Below are positions 5,158 through 13,799 of a stretch of 64,000 nt of DNA, one piece after another (the first letter of the stretch is position 1; every line of letters starts with the position of its first letter). The stretch is from positions 747 to 64,746 of IMG/VR virus record IMGVR_UViG_3300037400_003033, one strand, 5' to 3'. Made by a program: the position numbers and the translations under genes. A model generated the notes under the pieces. It saw only the letters and a list, made by a program, of their open reading frames with translations, made no database searches and was not told the origin of the DNA. Source of the DNA: a virus (Duplodnaviria > Caudoviricetes).

Positions 5158-5229
5158 CGTTCTCTAACTCAATGGTAGAGTGCCGCCCTTACAAGACGGA
5201 GGTTGTAGGTTCAAGTCCTACGGGAACGA
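5158..5229 (+). tRNA. tRNA-Val(TAC)
   Basis: CGTTCTC/GGGAACG; loop CTTACAA. Confidence 0.93.
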
Positions 5230-5231
5230 CT

Positions 5232-5304
5232 GTATCCATAGTGTTAGCGGTTAGCACAAAAGATTGTGGATCTTTTAGGATGGGTTCGAATCCCATTGGA
5301 CACA
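5232..5304 (+). tRNA. tRNA-His(GTG), no encoded G-1:C73
   Basis: AAAGA-TTGTGGA-TCTTT; base -1 is T, base 73 is A. Confidence 0.9.
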
Positions 5305-5308
5305 CTAT

Positions 5309-5380
5309 CGGCTATTAGCTCAACGGTAGAGCAGCACACTCTTAATGTGAATGTTGTAGGTTCAAATCCTATATAGCTGA
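5309..5380 (+). tRNA. tRNA-Lys(CTT)
   Basis: CGGCTAT/ATAGCTG; loop CTCTTAA. Confidence 0.92.
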
Positions 5381-5390
5381 CTTATTTTAT

Positions 5391-5463
5391 GCCGTCATAG
5401 CTCAATTGGTAGAGCACCTGACTTGTAATCAGGGGGTTGTAGGTTCGAGACCTATTGGCGGCT
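5391..5463 (+). tRNA. tRNA-Thr(TGT)
   Basis: GCCGTCA/TGGCGGC; CCTGA-CTTGTAA-TCAGG. Confidence 0.95.
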
Positions 5464-5466
5464 CAA

Positions 5467-5537
5467 TGCTCGCGACATTGCTGGGTAGTGGCTGGTCTGC
5501 AAAACCAAGAGGCACGGTTCGATTCCGTGGCGGGCTT
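5467..5537 (+). tRNA. tRNA-Cys(GCA)
   Basis: loop CTGCAAA; T arm CACGG-TTCGATT-CCGTG. Confidence 0.85.
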
Positions 5538-5541
5538 TCTC

Positions 5542-5570
5542 TTGACTTTTTAATCCTTTCTTGATATAAT
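5542..5570 (+). promoter_or_regulatory. Sigma70-type promoter
   Basis: TTGACT-17-TATAAT. Confidence 0.8.
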
Positions 5571-5601
5571 ATAATAAATCTTAACATTCAGGGGTAAAAT
5601 T

Positions 5602-6042
5602 ATGAGTAATGCTTATAACGATTGGAAAAAGGATATGGAATCATATACCAAGTTTTTCAAAAGGGGCGATAAAGCATTTAAGGGTATTTGCTATAAAGAT
5701 GATTATTGCACTGACGGAATGAATTACGAATTCTGTGATTTGTTGGTAAAGGATGTTGTTGTTCACAAACAGATTACACATACTGAAAAACTTCCACCAC
5801 TTGAAGAAGAAAAATTAGCAAATTTTGAAGACACTTTCAAAGTTCTTATTGTTCAAGTTGGAACCTCTTCAAGAAATCCTGATGGAACCTATGACGAGCA
5901 TTATGAAAAAACTCTTTATGTTTTCCATAACGATTGGTTAATGTCAGACGGAAAAGATTTGTTTGTTGTTGACGAACACTACATTAAAGAGTGGACTGAA
6001 ATCACTGAGCAGGAGTATGTTAAGATAAATAAAGGAGATTAA
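5602..6042 (+). CDS. Hypothetical protein
   Basis: 146-aa ORF after promoter. Confidence 0.8.
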   Translation: MSNAYNDWKKDMESYTKFFKRGDKAFKGICYKDDYCTDGMNYEFCDLLVKDVVVHKQITHTEKLPPLEEEKLANFEDTFKVLIVQVGTSSRNPDGTYDEHYEKTLYVFHNDWLMSDGKDLFVVDEHYIKEWTEITEQEYVKINKGD

Positions 6043-6408
6043 ATGTCAGACGAACAAAAAAAGTATGTTCAAGACTTCACAAGTGGAGACGATGAAAAGA
6101 CGGGACTCGAAAAAAGAGTTATGAATTGTGAGGGTTTATCAACAGACGATAAACTTAAAATTATAAGAGCAATTGAAAAAAGTGGAGATTCTATTTTTGG
6201 TGTACCACCAGTATATAGTGAACCATTTAAACCAATTACTCAACAACCTTGGTGGGGCGGTTTACAAGTAACAACTAACGGTAATCATGTTGATCCTAAT
6301 CAGCCAGTTCTTTATAGAACTAGTGATGAAGATTTGTTTAGTACTACTGCAAATAATATATATATGCAACAAGACAAAAGTTGCAACGAAAATGGTGATA
6401 CAGACTAA
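6043..6408 (+). CDS. Hypothetical protein
   Basis: AGGAG RBS, abuts upstream gene. Confidence 0.8.
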   Translation: MSDEQKKYVQDFTSGDDEKTGLEKRVMNCEGLSTDDKLKIIRAIEKSGDSIFGVPPVYSEPFKPITQQPWWGGLQVTTNGNHVDPNQPVLYRTSDEDLFSTTANNIYMQQDKSCNENGDTD

Positions 6409-7043
6409 TGCTTTACTGTGAAAAATATATAAATAAAAAAATTGTTGCGAGACAAATTGTTTGTTGGCTCGCAACTGTTGTTTTGTTCTTAGGAACTTTC
6501 CTTGCGGGACATATAACCACAATAAAAAAAATTGGACAAGCATCTTTTACAGATTCTAAAACAATTGAAATTCCTATTGATTGGGAAAACCCTTATAAAG
6601 ATTTAGTAAGAGATGAAATTGCATATTACATAATAGAAGTTAACAAGCCAATGAAAGGCGATAATAATCTTGCGGTGGCGATTCTATTACACGAGAATCC
6701 AAAGCAAAACCCTTACGCTGTTAACGTAAATGCAAATGGAACAACTGATAATGGAATGTTCCAACTTAATTCTGCTTATCAACTTTACTTTGCTGGCTTA
6801 TACTGGCCTTTTGATAAGTATGATTCAAATATGAGTTTTGATTGGAGTAATTGGCAACACAACACTTGGGTTGCACTTCACTTAATCAACGACCTTTATA
6901 AAGATTTTGATGGCGATGTTGAAAAAGTAATTGCTGCTTATAACGCAGGGCCCGCGCCAGTCATAGCGGGCGATATTCCAAAGTCTACGATTGATTATCG
7001 AGATAGAATTTTAGCGATTTATACATTATTATGTAATTCATAA
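6408..7043 (+). CDS. Lytic transglycosylase (SLT domain) with N-terminal membrane anchor
   Basis: LHENP catalytic Glu, GMFQLNS, AAYNAGP motifs; N-terminal hydrophobic helix. Confidence 0.9.
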   Translation: MLYCEKYINKKIVARQIVCWLATVVLFLGTFLAGHITTIKKIGQASFTDSKTIEIPIDWENPYKDLVRDEIAYYIIEVNKPMKGDNNLAVAILLHENPKQNPYAVNVNANGTTDNGMFQLNSAYQLYFAGLYWPFDKYDSNMSFDWSNWQHNTWVALHLINDLYKDFDGDVEKVIAAYNAGPAPVIAGDIPKSTIDYRDRILAIYTLLCNS

Positions 7044-7047
7044 AAAG

Positions 7048-7079
7048 AGCCTGGCTAAATGCCAGGCTTTACTTTTTTT
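7048..7079 (+). terminator. Intrinsic terminator overlapping next promoter (TTTACT 7068, TATAAT 7091)
   Basis: AGCCTGGC-taaat-GCCAGGCT plus T run. Confidence 0.8.
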
Positions 7080-7114
7080 GGTTTTCGTGGTATAATTTTT
7101 CTAGTGAGGAAAAT

Positions 7115-7408
7115 ATGAGAAAAGAAATTGTTTACTTTAATGGCGGTTGGTACGCTATGCTGTTTGGCTATATAACTCAAAGACTTTTAGGAGATTTTGT
7201 TCAGAATCCAATTCTTAATTTTCTACTTGTTGCTGCAGTATTTATAGCATTTTATTTTGTTGGAATAAAAGTTTGTGAAAAGATTTGGAAAGAACCGAAA
7301 CAGAAAAAAGAATTGCTTGATTGTGATGAGTGTCCAAAGAAATATACTTGTAGTAAAAGCAATCCAAGTCGCGAAGAATGTAAAGGAAGATTTGATAAAG
7401 AGGAGTAA
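7115..7408 (+). CDS. Small membrane protein with C-terminal Cys cluster
   Basis: Two hydrophobic segments; CDECPKKYTC. Confidence 0.75.
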   Translation: MRKEIVYFNGGWYAMLFGYITQRLLGDFVQNPILNFLLVAAVFIAFYFVGIKVCEKIWKEPKQKKELLDCDECPKKYTCSKSNPSREECKGRFDKEE

Positions 7409-7411
7409 ACT

Positions 7412-7738
7412 ATGAATAAAGCAGAAGTTTTAGAGTTCTTGGAACAGCAGCACTGGCAGGACGGCGACGGCAATGACTTTTCAGGTGAAGGAGCCATTAA
7501 ATCTATTTGGGGATACACAAAAGACAAATGTATTTCAATTCACAAAGTTCATTACACAATTGATCCTATCTTTAATTTTCCTTGCGGCGATACAGAGGCT
7601 TGCCTCACTTTGATTATACCAAAAATTGAAGCAATGGTAGATATGGATTCCATTAATTACGAAGAATACACTTGGATTGGTTCTCAAGATCTTTCTCACG
7701 GTTCTAAGAACTTAAAAGAACTTATGGAGGCAGCATAA
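7412..7738 (+). CDS. Hypothetical protein
   Basis: GAGGAG RBS. Confidence 0.8.
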   Translation: MNKAEVLEFLEQQHWQDGDGNDFSGEGAIKSIWGYTKDKCISIHKVHYTIDPIFNFPCGDTEACLTLIIPKIEAMVDMDSINYEEYTWIGSQDLSHGSKNLKELMEAA

Positions 7739-8037
7739 TGACAATTGGTGCAGAATTGAGAGCCATTAGGGATGGTGCAGTAGAAGATACCAAACAGGAA
7801 ATAAAAGATTGGTTTGATGAGCACATGGATGAACTAAAGGGCGCGGCTCTTGGTGGAGCTGATTGCATTGTATATAACGACGAAGAAACTTTCAAATTCT
7901 TTGAAAAATTGTTTAATGAAAATGAAATTATATTATCTGATTTCTGTTCTGAACAATCAATTGAAGTTGAGTTTAGTTGGACAGAACAAGAAATAGTAAT
8001 TTCTTGGAATGAAATGTTTACGGAGGAACCAAAATGA
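7738..8037 (+). CDS. Hypothetical acidic protein
   Basis: TAATG coupling, GGAGG RBS. Confidence 0.8.
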   Translation: MTIGAELRAIRDGAVEDTKQEIKDWFDEHMDELKGAALGGADCIVYNDEETFKFFEKLFNENEIILSDFCSEQSIEVEFSWTEQEIVISWNEMFTEEPK

Positions 8038-8393
8038 TTGGAAGAGAAGCATTCAAAAAAATTGTAGAACTTTATAAAAAGTTCGATAAGAAAACCGACG
8101 ATTTTAATACCAAGTTAGAAAATCTGCTTAATACAGATTTTGAATCAGATAAGCCAATCTATGATGGTTCTTGTTGGTTATATTGGCCTATTGACGGTGT
8201 AAGACAGATGCTTAAAGAAGTTCTCATAGATTGCGGCGAAACAGAAGAAGGAGCATCTTGGTGGTTGTGGGAAAATGACTTTACATTCCCAACAGAAATT
8301 GGTCTTAATGGAGAAGAATTTGAAATCAACTCTATTGATGACGCTTACGATTACTTTGTAAAGTTGAATGAACTTAAAGAGAAGGAGAAATAA
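8034..8393 (+). CDS. Hypothetical protein
   Basis: ATGA overlap, GGAGG RBS. Confidence 0.8.
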   Translation: MIGREAFKKIVELYKKFDKKTDDFNTKLENLLNTDFESDKPIYDGSCWLYWPIDGVRQMLKEVLIDCGETEEGASWWLWENDFTFPTEIGLNGEEFEINSIDDAYDYFVKLNELKEKEK

Positions 8394-9247
8394 TGCCTAA
8401 TCATGTTCAAAATGTTTTAACGTTCAGTTCAAGAGAAAGTCTTGAAAAAGTTATGAACGCTTTAAAGCCAGGCTGGACAGAAGAAGACGGATTTAGGTTT
8501 GAATGGATTGTTCCATTTCCAAAGACCAAAGAAGAATGTCCACAAGAATACATTTGTGAAGATCCAGCTGCGGCTCATATACAAGCAGATACTGAAAGAC
8601 CTTGGCTAAATTGGTATGAATTTCAGTGTAACGAGTGGGGAACAAAATGGAACGCTTACGAAGTATCATTTGAAGGTAATGAGCTTTGGTTTCAGACTGC
8701 TTGGTCTCCACCAATTCCAGTTCTTGAAAAACTCGTAAATAAATTGCCTAAAGGGACTGGCATTGAATATAAATGTTCAGAAGAGCAAGGTCCATTATAT
8801 TGTGCTGAAGGCTATATCACAGATCAAAGTTTTGATTTAAATGAATTTGATGAATACTCAGATGAAGCTTACCAAATGGCTAACGACCTTTGGGGTGAGT
8901 ATTGGTATCAAGAAGAAGAAACTGGCGAATGGTTTACAGAAGATAGTCCAGGGGCATTTCTTGATGGAGATGGACAATGGCGCTTCTATAATATAGAAGA
9001 CGAAGATGCTTTTAATAAAGAAAAAGCACTTAGATTCCATCAATTATATGGTAAACCATTTGATGATATGATTGTCGAATGTGCAGAAAGTACAAACATT
9101 AAATTCTTGGAAGAAACTTTCGGGTTTGTTCGTATTTCAGAAAATGAATATAAATTTAATATTGATAACTATGTTAATTCTTTCGATGAGGCAGAGCACG
9201 TTCAGAATTTTAGCCAAGAGTCACTTGACAAAGAAGAAATAGCATGA
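8393..9247 (+). CDS. DUF1281/YubB-like ferredoxin-fold protein
   Basis: MPNHVQN start, WGTKWNA and FQTAWSPP motifs. Confidence 0.75.
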   Translation: MPNHVQNVLTFSSRESLEKVMNALKPGWTEEDGFRFEWIVPFPKTKEECPQEYICEDPAAAHIQADTERPWLNWYEFQCNEWGTKWNAYEVSFEGNELWFQTAWSPPIPVLEKLVNKLPKGTGIEYKCSEEQGPLYCAEGYITDQSFDLNEFDEYSDEAYQMANDLWGEYWYQEEETGEWFTEDSPGAFLDGDGQWRFYNIEDEDAFNKEKALRFHQLYGKPFDDMIVECAESTNIKFLEETFGFVRISENEYKFNIDNYVNSFDEAEHVQNFSQESLDKEEIA

Positions 9248-9277
9248 TATAATTTTTTTATTAAAAAGGAGAATTAG

Positions 9278-9733
9278 ATGCTTACAAACGAAAAACTTGA
9301 AGAAATTGGCAAAGAATATTTGTCTGCTATTGGAGATATTCCAGCAGAAATCCTTGTAAAAGCAGAAGGAAAAGTTCAGTTGGATAATGGTACTGAATTT
9401 GAAGTTAATGGAGTTTTATTTTCTGTAGGAAAATTTCCTTACTCACCATATCCACACTTAGCAGTACATCTTTCTCAGGGGGCACATGAAAGAGGCTGTG
9501 TAATTTTCTCAAAAGCAGAACACTATGGAGAAGCTTTTGATGAATACAATTTGAAAGGTGTTAAAGCAAATGCGCCTACAGTTTTTGATCTTGCTGATTT
9601 TGAAAAGTTTAAGAAAGATTTAAAAATTACAAATGAGGTTGTTAAAGAGCCTTATCTCGATCAGCTTAAAAAAATGGAAGATGATTTGTCAGAGTACAAG
9701 AAATTCTTGAAAGATGCAAAGATTGTAGAGTAA
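9278..9733 (+). CDS. Hypothetical protein
   Basis: Promoter TTGACA 9225-TATAAT 9248; AGGAG RBS. Confidence 0.8.
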   Translation: MLTNEKLEEIGKEYLSAIGDIPAEILVKAEGKVQLDNGTEFEVNGVLFSVGKFPYSPYPHLAVHLSQGAHERGCVIFSKAEHYGEAFDEYNLKGVKANAPTVFDLADFEKFKKDLKITNEVVKEPYLDQLKKMEDDLSEYKKFLKDAKIVE

Positions 9734-9735
9734 TA

Positions 9736-9760
9736 AAAAGGCGCTTCGGCGCCTTTTGTT
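9736..9760 (+). terminator. Intrinsic terminator
   Basis: AAAAGGCGC-TTCG-GCGCCTTTT. Confidence 0.85.
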
Positions 9761-9776
9761 GTTTATGGAGAAAAAG

Positions 9777-10466
9777 ATGAATTTGGATAAATTTTACTTA
9801 ACAAGTGATAGCCACTTGTTTCATAAAAATATAATTAAATATTGCAATAGACCTTACGAGTTTACTTGGGAGGCTGTTAAGCAGATGAACGAGGATATTC
9901 TTTCTCAGTTCGATAAATTGCCTGCAGGCTCAACAATTATAAACCTTGGTGATATTGCTCTTAATGGTTCTTTAACTTTCGATACACTCAAGGCTTGTAT
10001 CGACAGAATGAAGAAGAATGGCAAGAAACTTTGGATTGTCCTCGGAAATCACGATAGAGAGATGCATCTTAGAGTAAAGGATTTTAAGGGAAAATATAAC
10101 AGCCCATATGAGTTGTTTACTGCTCTTGGCTTTGATAGAGTTTTCCCATACCCAATACTTTTGGAGGATAAATTCTTGATGAGCCATGAGCCAGTATATT
10201 TGGCTCCAGGAAGTAATCTCATTAATATTTATGGTCATACTCATGACATTGATATTTCAGAGGATTATTTCTGCCACGAATGCGAGAACTTTGCTATGAT
10301 GGAAAGAGTAAAAGCCGAAGGAATTACCGAGCAGACAAATCTCGATATTGATACCGAAGCAATCTCTGATCCTACAAAGACAGTTGATTTAAAGAATTAT
10401 TTCAACGCTTGCTGGGATAAGCATCATGATATTCTTAAATTAACAGATGTGTTTACAAAATTTTAA
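9777..10466 (+). CDS. Calcineurin-like metallophosphoesterase
   Basis: SDSHLFH, LGD, GNHD, SHEP, GHTH motifs; start moved to ATG 9777 behind GGAG. Confidence 0.9.
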   Translation: MNLDKFYLTSDSHLFHKNIIKYCNRPYEFTWEAVKQMNEDILSQFDKLPAGSTIINLGDIALNGSLTFDTLKACIDRMKKNGKKLWIVLGNHDREMHLRVKDFKGKYNSPYELFTALGFDRVFPYPILLEDKFLMSHEPVYLAPGSNLINIYGHTHDIDISEDYFCHECENFAMMERVKAEGITEQTNLDIDTEAISDPTKTVDLKNYFNACWDKHHDILKLTDVFTKF

Positions 10467-10499
10467 TTTCGTGATATAATTTTTGTAGTGAGGTAAACT

Positions 10500-10988
10500 A
10501 TGATTGAAAAACTTTTGGAAGAAATTAAAAATCTTACAGAAACAAGAAGAAAAGAGTATAGAAATGCATCTGCTCGATTGCGTTTTTATTGGTTTAAATA
10601 TAAAAACGTAGAAAATGTGGAATGGTACAAGGCATCATTCGCTTTGATGATTTGTTTGTTTATAAGTGAATCAATTGCACTTTTTATGAAGCCAAGCGCA
10701 GTAGATCCATTTGCTTATATGGTCTTAGCACTTTGTTTTATAAGAATTGGTTATTCACTTATTTATAATGCAAAATATAAATACTTTATTCGCGATAGTA
10801 AAAAGCAATACGAATTGGCACTTTATCGTCTTAAAAATACTTTGTATTTACAGCAGAGAGCAATTCAAGGTTCTTTAGTTGAAGATGCTGCTGGAAACAA
10901 TGAAAACAACAAAGAATTCATTGATGGACTTTATGACGGTATTAAATCACAGTATGAAGATGAATTAGGAACTAGGTTTTTAAGTTAA
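10500..10988 (+). CDS. Two-helix membrane protein
   Basis: Promoter TTTACA 10452-TATAAT 10475; two hydrophobic segments. Confidence 0.8.
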   Translation: MIEKLLEEIKNLTETRRKEYRNASARLRFYWFKYKNVENVEWYKASFALMICLFISESIALFMKPSAVDPFAYMVLALCFIRIGYSLIYNAKYKYFIRDSKKQYELALYRLKNTLYLQQRAIQGSLVEDAAGNNENNKEFIDGLYDGIKSQYEDELGTRFLS

Positions 10989-10992
10989 TATT

Positions 10993-12012
10993 ATGAAATT
11001 TAAGAATAAACATATTTCAAAATCTTCAGAAATAAAGCCAATAGAACCCGTAATCATTAATATCTTAGCGATTGCGGGTATTTTGTCTAATACAGCAGGC
11101 TTAATATTGTCTATGGTTTTTGCTAGTAATCATGGAAATACTTTACCAACTGCATTGTGTTTATGCTTTCAACTGATTGTTTGGTGTTTTAGAAAGAAAT
11201 TACCATATTCTGTTACTGCAATATTGCTTACTGCGGGTTGTACAAATGTTTTATTTCCATTGATTTTATTGGCAGATAAGAAAGGACTTAGCGGCTCTTT
11301 CGTTTTCTATCTTTTTATTGCTCCAGTTGCTTATGGAGTTTCTTTGAATAAAAAGAAATGGTTATTCGTACCATTTTTAACGCTATTAGAATATTTGGCT
11401 ATTTTTACTTATATAGATTGTCATGTATTTAATCCAGGAGACAGAAACATTGTTCTTTATAACACAAGTTTTTCTGTTGGTTATTCATTCGTATTCTTTT
11501 TTACTTACTTTTTTGCAAACATTAGTTTTACTTATAATGAGAAATTACTAAAGTTAACATACCACGATGAATTAACACAGTTATATAATAGAAGAAAGTT
11601 AGATAATGATTTAAAAAATAAGCATTTTAGATTTATTGCTATGATAGACATAGATAATTTCCACGAGTGTAATAATGAACACGGTCATCAGTTTGGAGAT
11701 TTGTGTTTAAAGAAACTTGCAGATATTTGTTTGTTTGTTAGCAGTGATGAATTTAAAGTTTACAGATATGGCGGTGAAGAGTTCATAATTCTTTCAAGAC
11801 TTGGCACTCAAGAAACCATAACTAAAATTAAGAACATTCAAAATTTATACTATCAAGCACTTGGAATTACTGTAAGTGTTGGTGTAGCACAGAATGCTGA
11901 TTATCTTACTTATAAGCAAGTAGTTAAACAAGCAGATGAAAATATGTTCTTTGTTAAGCAGCACGGTAAAAATGGTATTAGTTTAGATGGTACTAATTTA
12001 GTAAAAAGTTAA
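10993..12012 (+). CDS. Membrane-bound diguanylate cyclase (GGDEF domain)
   Basis: About six N-terminal TM helices; DELTQLYNRR, MIDIDNF, GHQFGD, RYGGEEF, TVSVG, ADENM. Confidence 0.92.
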   Translation: MKFKNKHISKSSEIKPIEPVIINILAIAGILSNTAGLILSMVFASNHGNTLPTALCLCFQLIVWCFRKKLPYSVTAILLTAGCTNVLFPLILLADKKGLSGSFVFYLFIAPVAYGVSLNKKKWLFVPFLTLLEYLAIFTYIDCHVFNPGDRNIVLYNTSFSVGYSFVFFFTYFFANISFTYNEKLLKLTYHDELTQLYNRRKLDNDLKNKHFRFIAMIDIDNFHECNNEHGHQFGDLCLKKLADICLFVSSDEFKVYRYGGEEFIILSRLGTQETITKIKNIQNLYYQALGITVSVGVAQNADYLTYKQVVKQADENMFFVKQHGKNGISLDGTNLVKS

Positions 12013-12016
12013 TTAT

Positions 12017-12601
12017 ATGGATTTCGAAGATGTAATTTTCACAGAAGATTTAAGAATTAGTAGCGGCGAAACAGCACTTGATAATTTGTTTACAAGAACA
12101 ATGACAGAAGTGTTTTCGCCAATGTTCTTAAAGAAAATAAATAGATATTATAACAGAACTTTAGTATTCAAAGATTTTAAGCAAAACAGTAATGTAATGT
12201 GTTACACTCAAGGCGAAAAGGTCTATATAAATAGACCTTTATTTGCTTCAGTTCCAAAAGAAAAATCTATGAATTACATAATGCATGAAATGTTTCATGT
12301 ATTAAATAACACTGGCAAGTTTCCAGAGCTTGCTGTATTAAATAAAAAATTACTAACAATAGTTGCAAATTCCGTTGAGAAAGAAAACATAGCAGAATTT
12401 TTAACGGGAAAAAAACAAAATCTTCATTCAGATTGGCGCGGTGAAGTTATCAATTACTTATGTAATAATTCTATCAATTGGGATCTAGCATTAGGTACAA
12501 CAAAAGAAGCCTACCGAGAAACACTAGAAGAAAGTGGTTTGTTTAATATGAAATCTGCTTGGTGGCAAAAGAGATTCCCATTGACAAAAAAAGAAGAATA
12601 G
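12017..12601 (+). CDS. Putative HExxH zinc metallopeptidase
   Basis: YIMHEMFHVL; MDFEDVIFTE N-terminus. Confidence 0.65.
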   Translation: MDFEDVIFTEDLRISSGETALDNLFTRTMTEVFSPMFLKKINRYYNRTLVFKDFKQNSNVMCYTQGEKVYINRPLFASVPKEKSMNYIMHEMFHVLNNTGKFPELAVLNKKLLTIVANSVEKENIAEFLTGKKQNLHSDWRGEVINYLCNNSINWDLALGTTKEAYRETLEESGLFNMKSAWWQKRFPLTKKEE

Positions 12602-12615
12602 TGTATAATTAAAGT

Positions 12616-13053
12616 ATGAAAGATGATAACTTATACTATTTGCAATTAACAGTTTATCAATACGATAAAAACAAAACGAAAATGGATTACTCAATTATTC
12701 CTGTAACATTCACGGATTACGACAAAGATGGTCTTCCAATGTCTTTGAAATCGGGAGTATCTGATGAAGTAATAAATATAGAAAACATGCTTTTCTCAGA
12801 TAGTTTTTTAGATAAAGATTATTGTAAAGAAGAATATGATGACGCTTTGCAGTTTCTTGGTGAAGTTCATGATAAGAAAAAAGAAGGAAAAGCGGTTAAA
12901 ACATCTATCCTTGTTTATAATCCTTGGGGATTAGGAGCAGAGGAAGAAGAAGTTATGAAAAGATGGTTAAAACATTTTTTCAAAAAACGATGGTTTTATA
13001 AATTCAAATATTTGAAGTTCTTGAAGAAGAAAGAAAGTTTGAAACAATTTTAA
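12616..13053 (+). CDS. Hypothetical protein
   Basis: Promoter TTGACA 12581-TATAAT 12604. Confidence 0.75.
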   Translation: MKDDNLYYLQLTVYQYDKNKTKMDYSIIPVTFTDYDKDGLPMSLKSGVSDEVINIENMLFSDSFLDKDYCKEEYDDALQFLGEVHDKKKEGKAVKTSILVYNPWGLGAEEEEVMKRWLKHFFKKRWFYKFKYLKFLKKKESLKQF

Positions 13054-13056
13054 TTA

Positions 13057-13083
13057 AGAGACTGGGTAATACCCAGTCTTTTT
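13057..13083 (+). terminator. Intrinsic terminator
   Basis: AGACTGGGT-aat-ACCCAGTCT plus T run. Confidence 0.85.
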
Positions 13084-13142
13084 AGTTTACAAAAAATTAA
13101 ATATATGTTATAATTATTTCAGAAAGAAATAAAGGAGAAACT

Positions 13143-13799
13143 ATGGAAGAAAAAGAAGTAAAAGACTCTTGCGGAGAAGGACAGATTTTAGATTTATCAG
13201 CACTTGGCGCTCCAAGCGAACCAAAGAATTATTTGGTAAGAAATCATTACTACTTCAACGAAGAGATCAATCCTGATACAACAAGAGCTTTGATTATAAA
13301 TCTGCATGAAGTAGCACTTACAATTGCAGGTGCTTGTATTGAAACAGGTAATAAACCTGCAGACATCGAACTTCATATCAATTCAAATGGTGGAAGTCTT
13401 TCAGACGCACTTCAGATTGTTCAGGTAATCAAAGATATTCAGAGCGGAAAGGCTTGTCAGATTGGCGACGCTTTGGTTCCTATCAAAGTAAATACACATA
13501 TTGAAGGTGAAGCCGATTCAGGTGCTTCCCTTATCGCTTGTGTTGGAAATTACAGAACTTGTTCTAAGTATGCTATGAGTCTTATTCACCCAATGAGAGC
13601 AATAGATACAATGCCTAAGACTCAGGAAGAGCAGGAAGTTGCTATTGCAAATAACAAAAATTGGAATAGCATTTACAAAGGTGTTTATCTTGAGCATTCT
13701 AAACTTACAGAAGAACAGCTTGATACAATGTTCAAAACAGAAACTTATTACACACCTGAGCAGCTTGTTGAATTCGGTCTTATCGACGAGGTAGTTTAA
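13143..13799 (+). CDS. ClpP-like protease subunit
   Basis: HINSNGGS, ADSGAS (Ser), LIHP (His), EFGLIDEV terminus; promoter TTTACA 13086-TATAAT 13109. Confidence 0.85.
   Translation: MEEKEVKDSCGEGQILDLSALGAPSEPKNYLVRNHYYFNEEINPDTTRALIINLHEVALTIAGACIETGNKPADIELHINSNGGSLSDALQIVQVIKDIQSGKACQIGDALVPIKVNTHIEGEADSGASLIACVGNYRTCSKYAMSLIHPMRAIDTMPKTQEEQEVAIANNKNWNSIYKGVYLEHSKLTEEQLDTMFKTETYYTPEQLVEFGLIDEVV

Noticed and set aside
2091-5318. Track ORFs overlapping the tRNA region (e.g. 2101-2319, 2955-3173, 3619-3954, 5100-5318)
   Set aside because: Overlap tRNAs or structured RNA, lack RBS and have non-phage composition.
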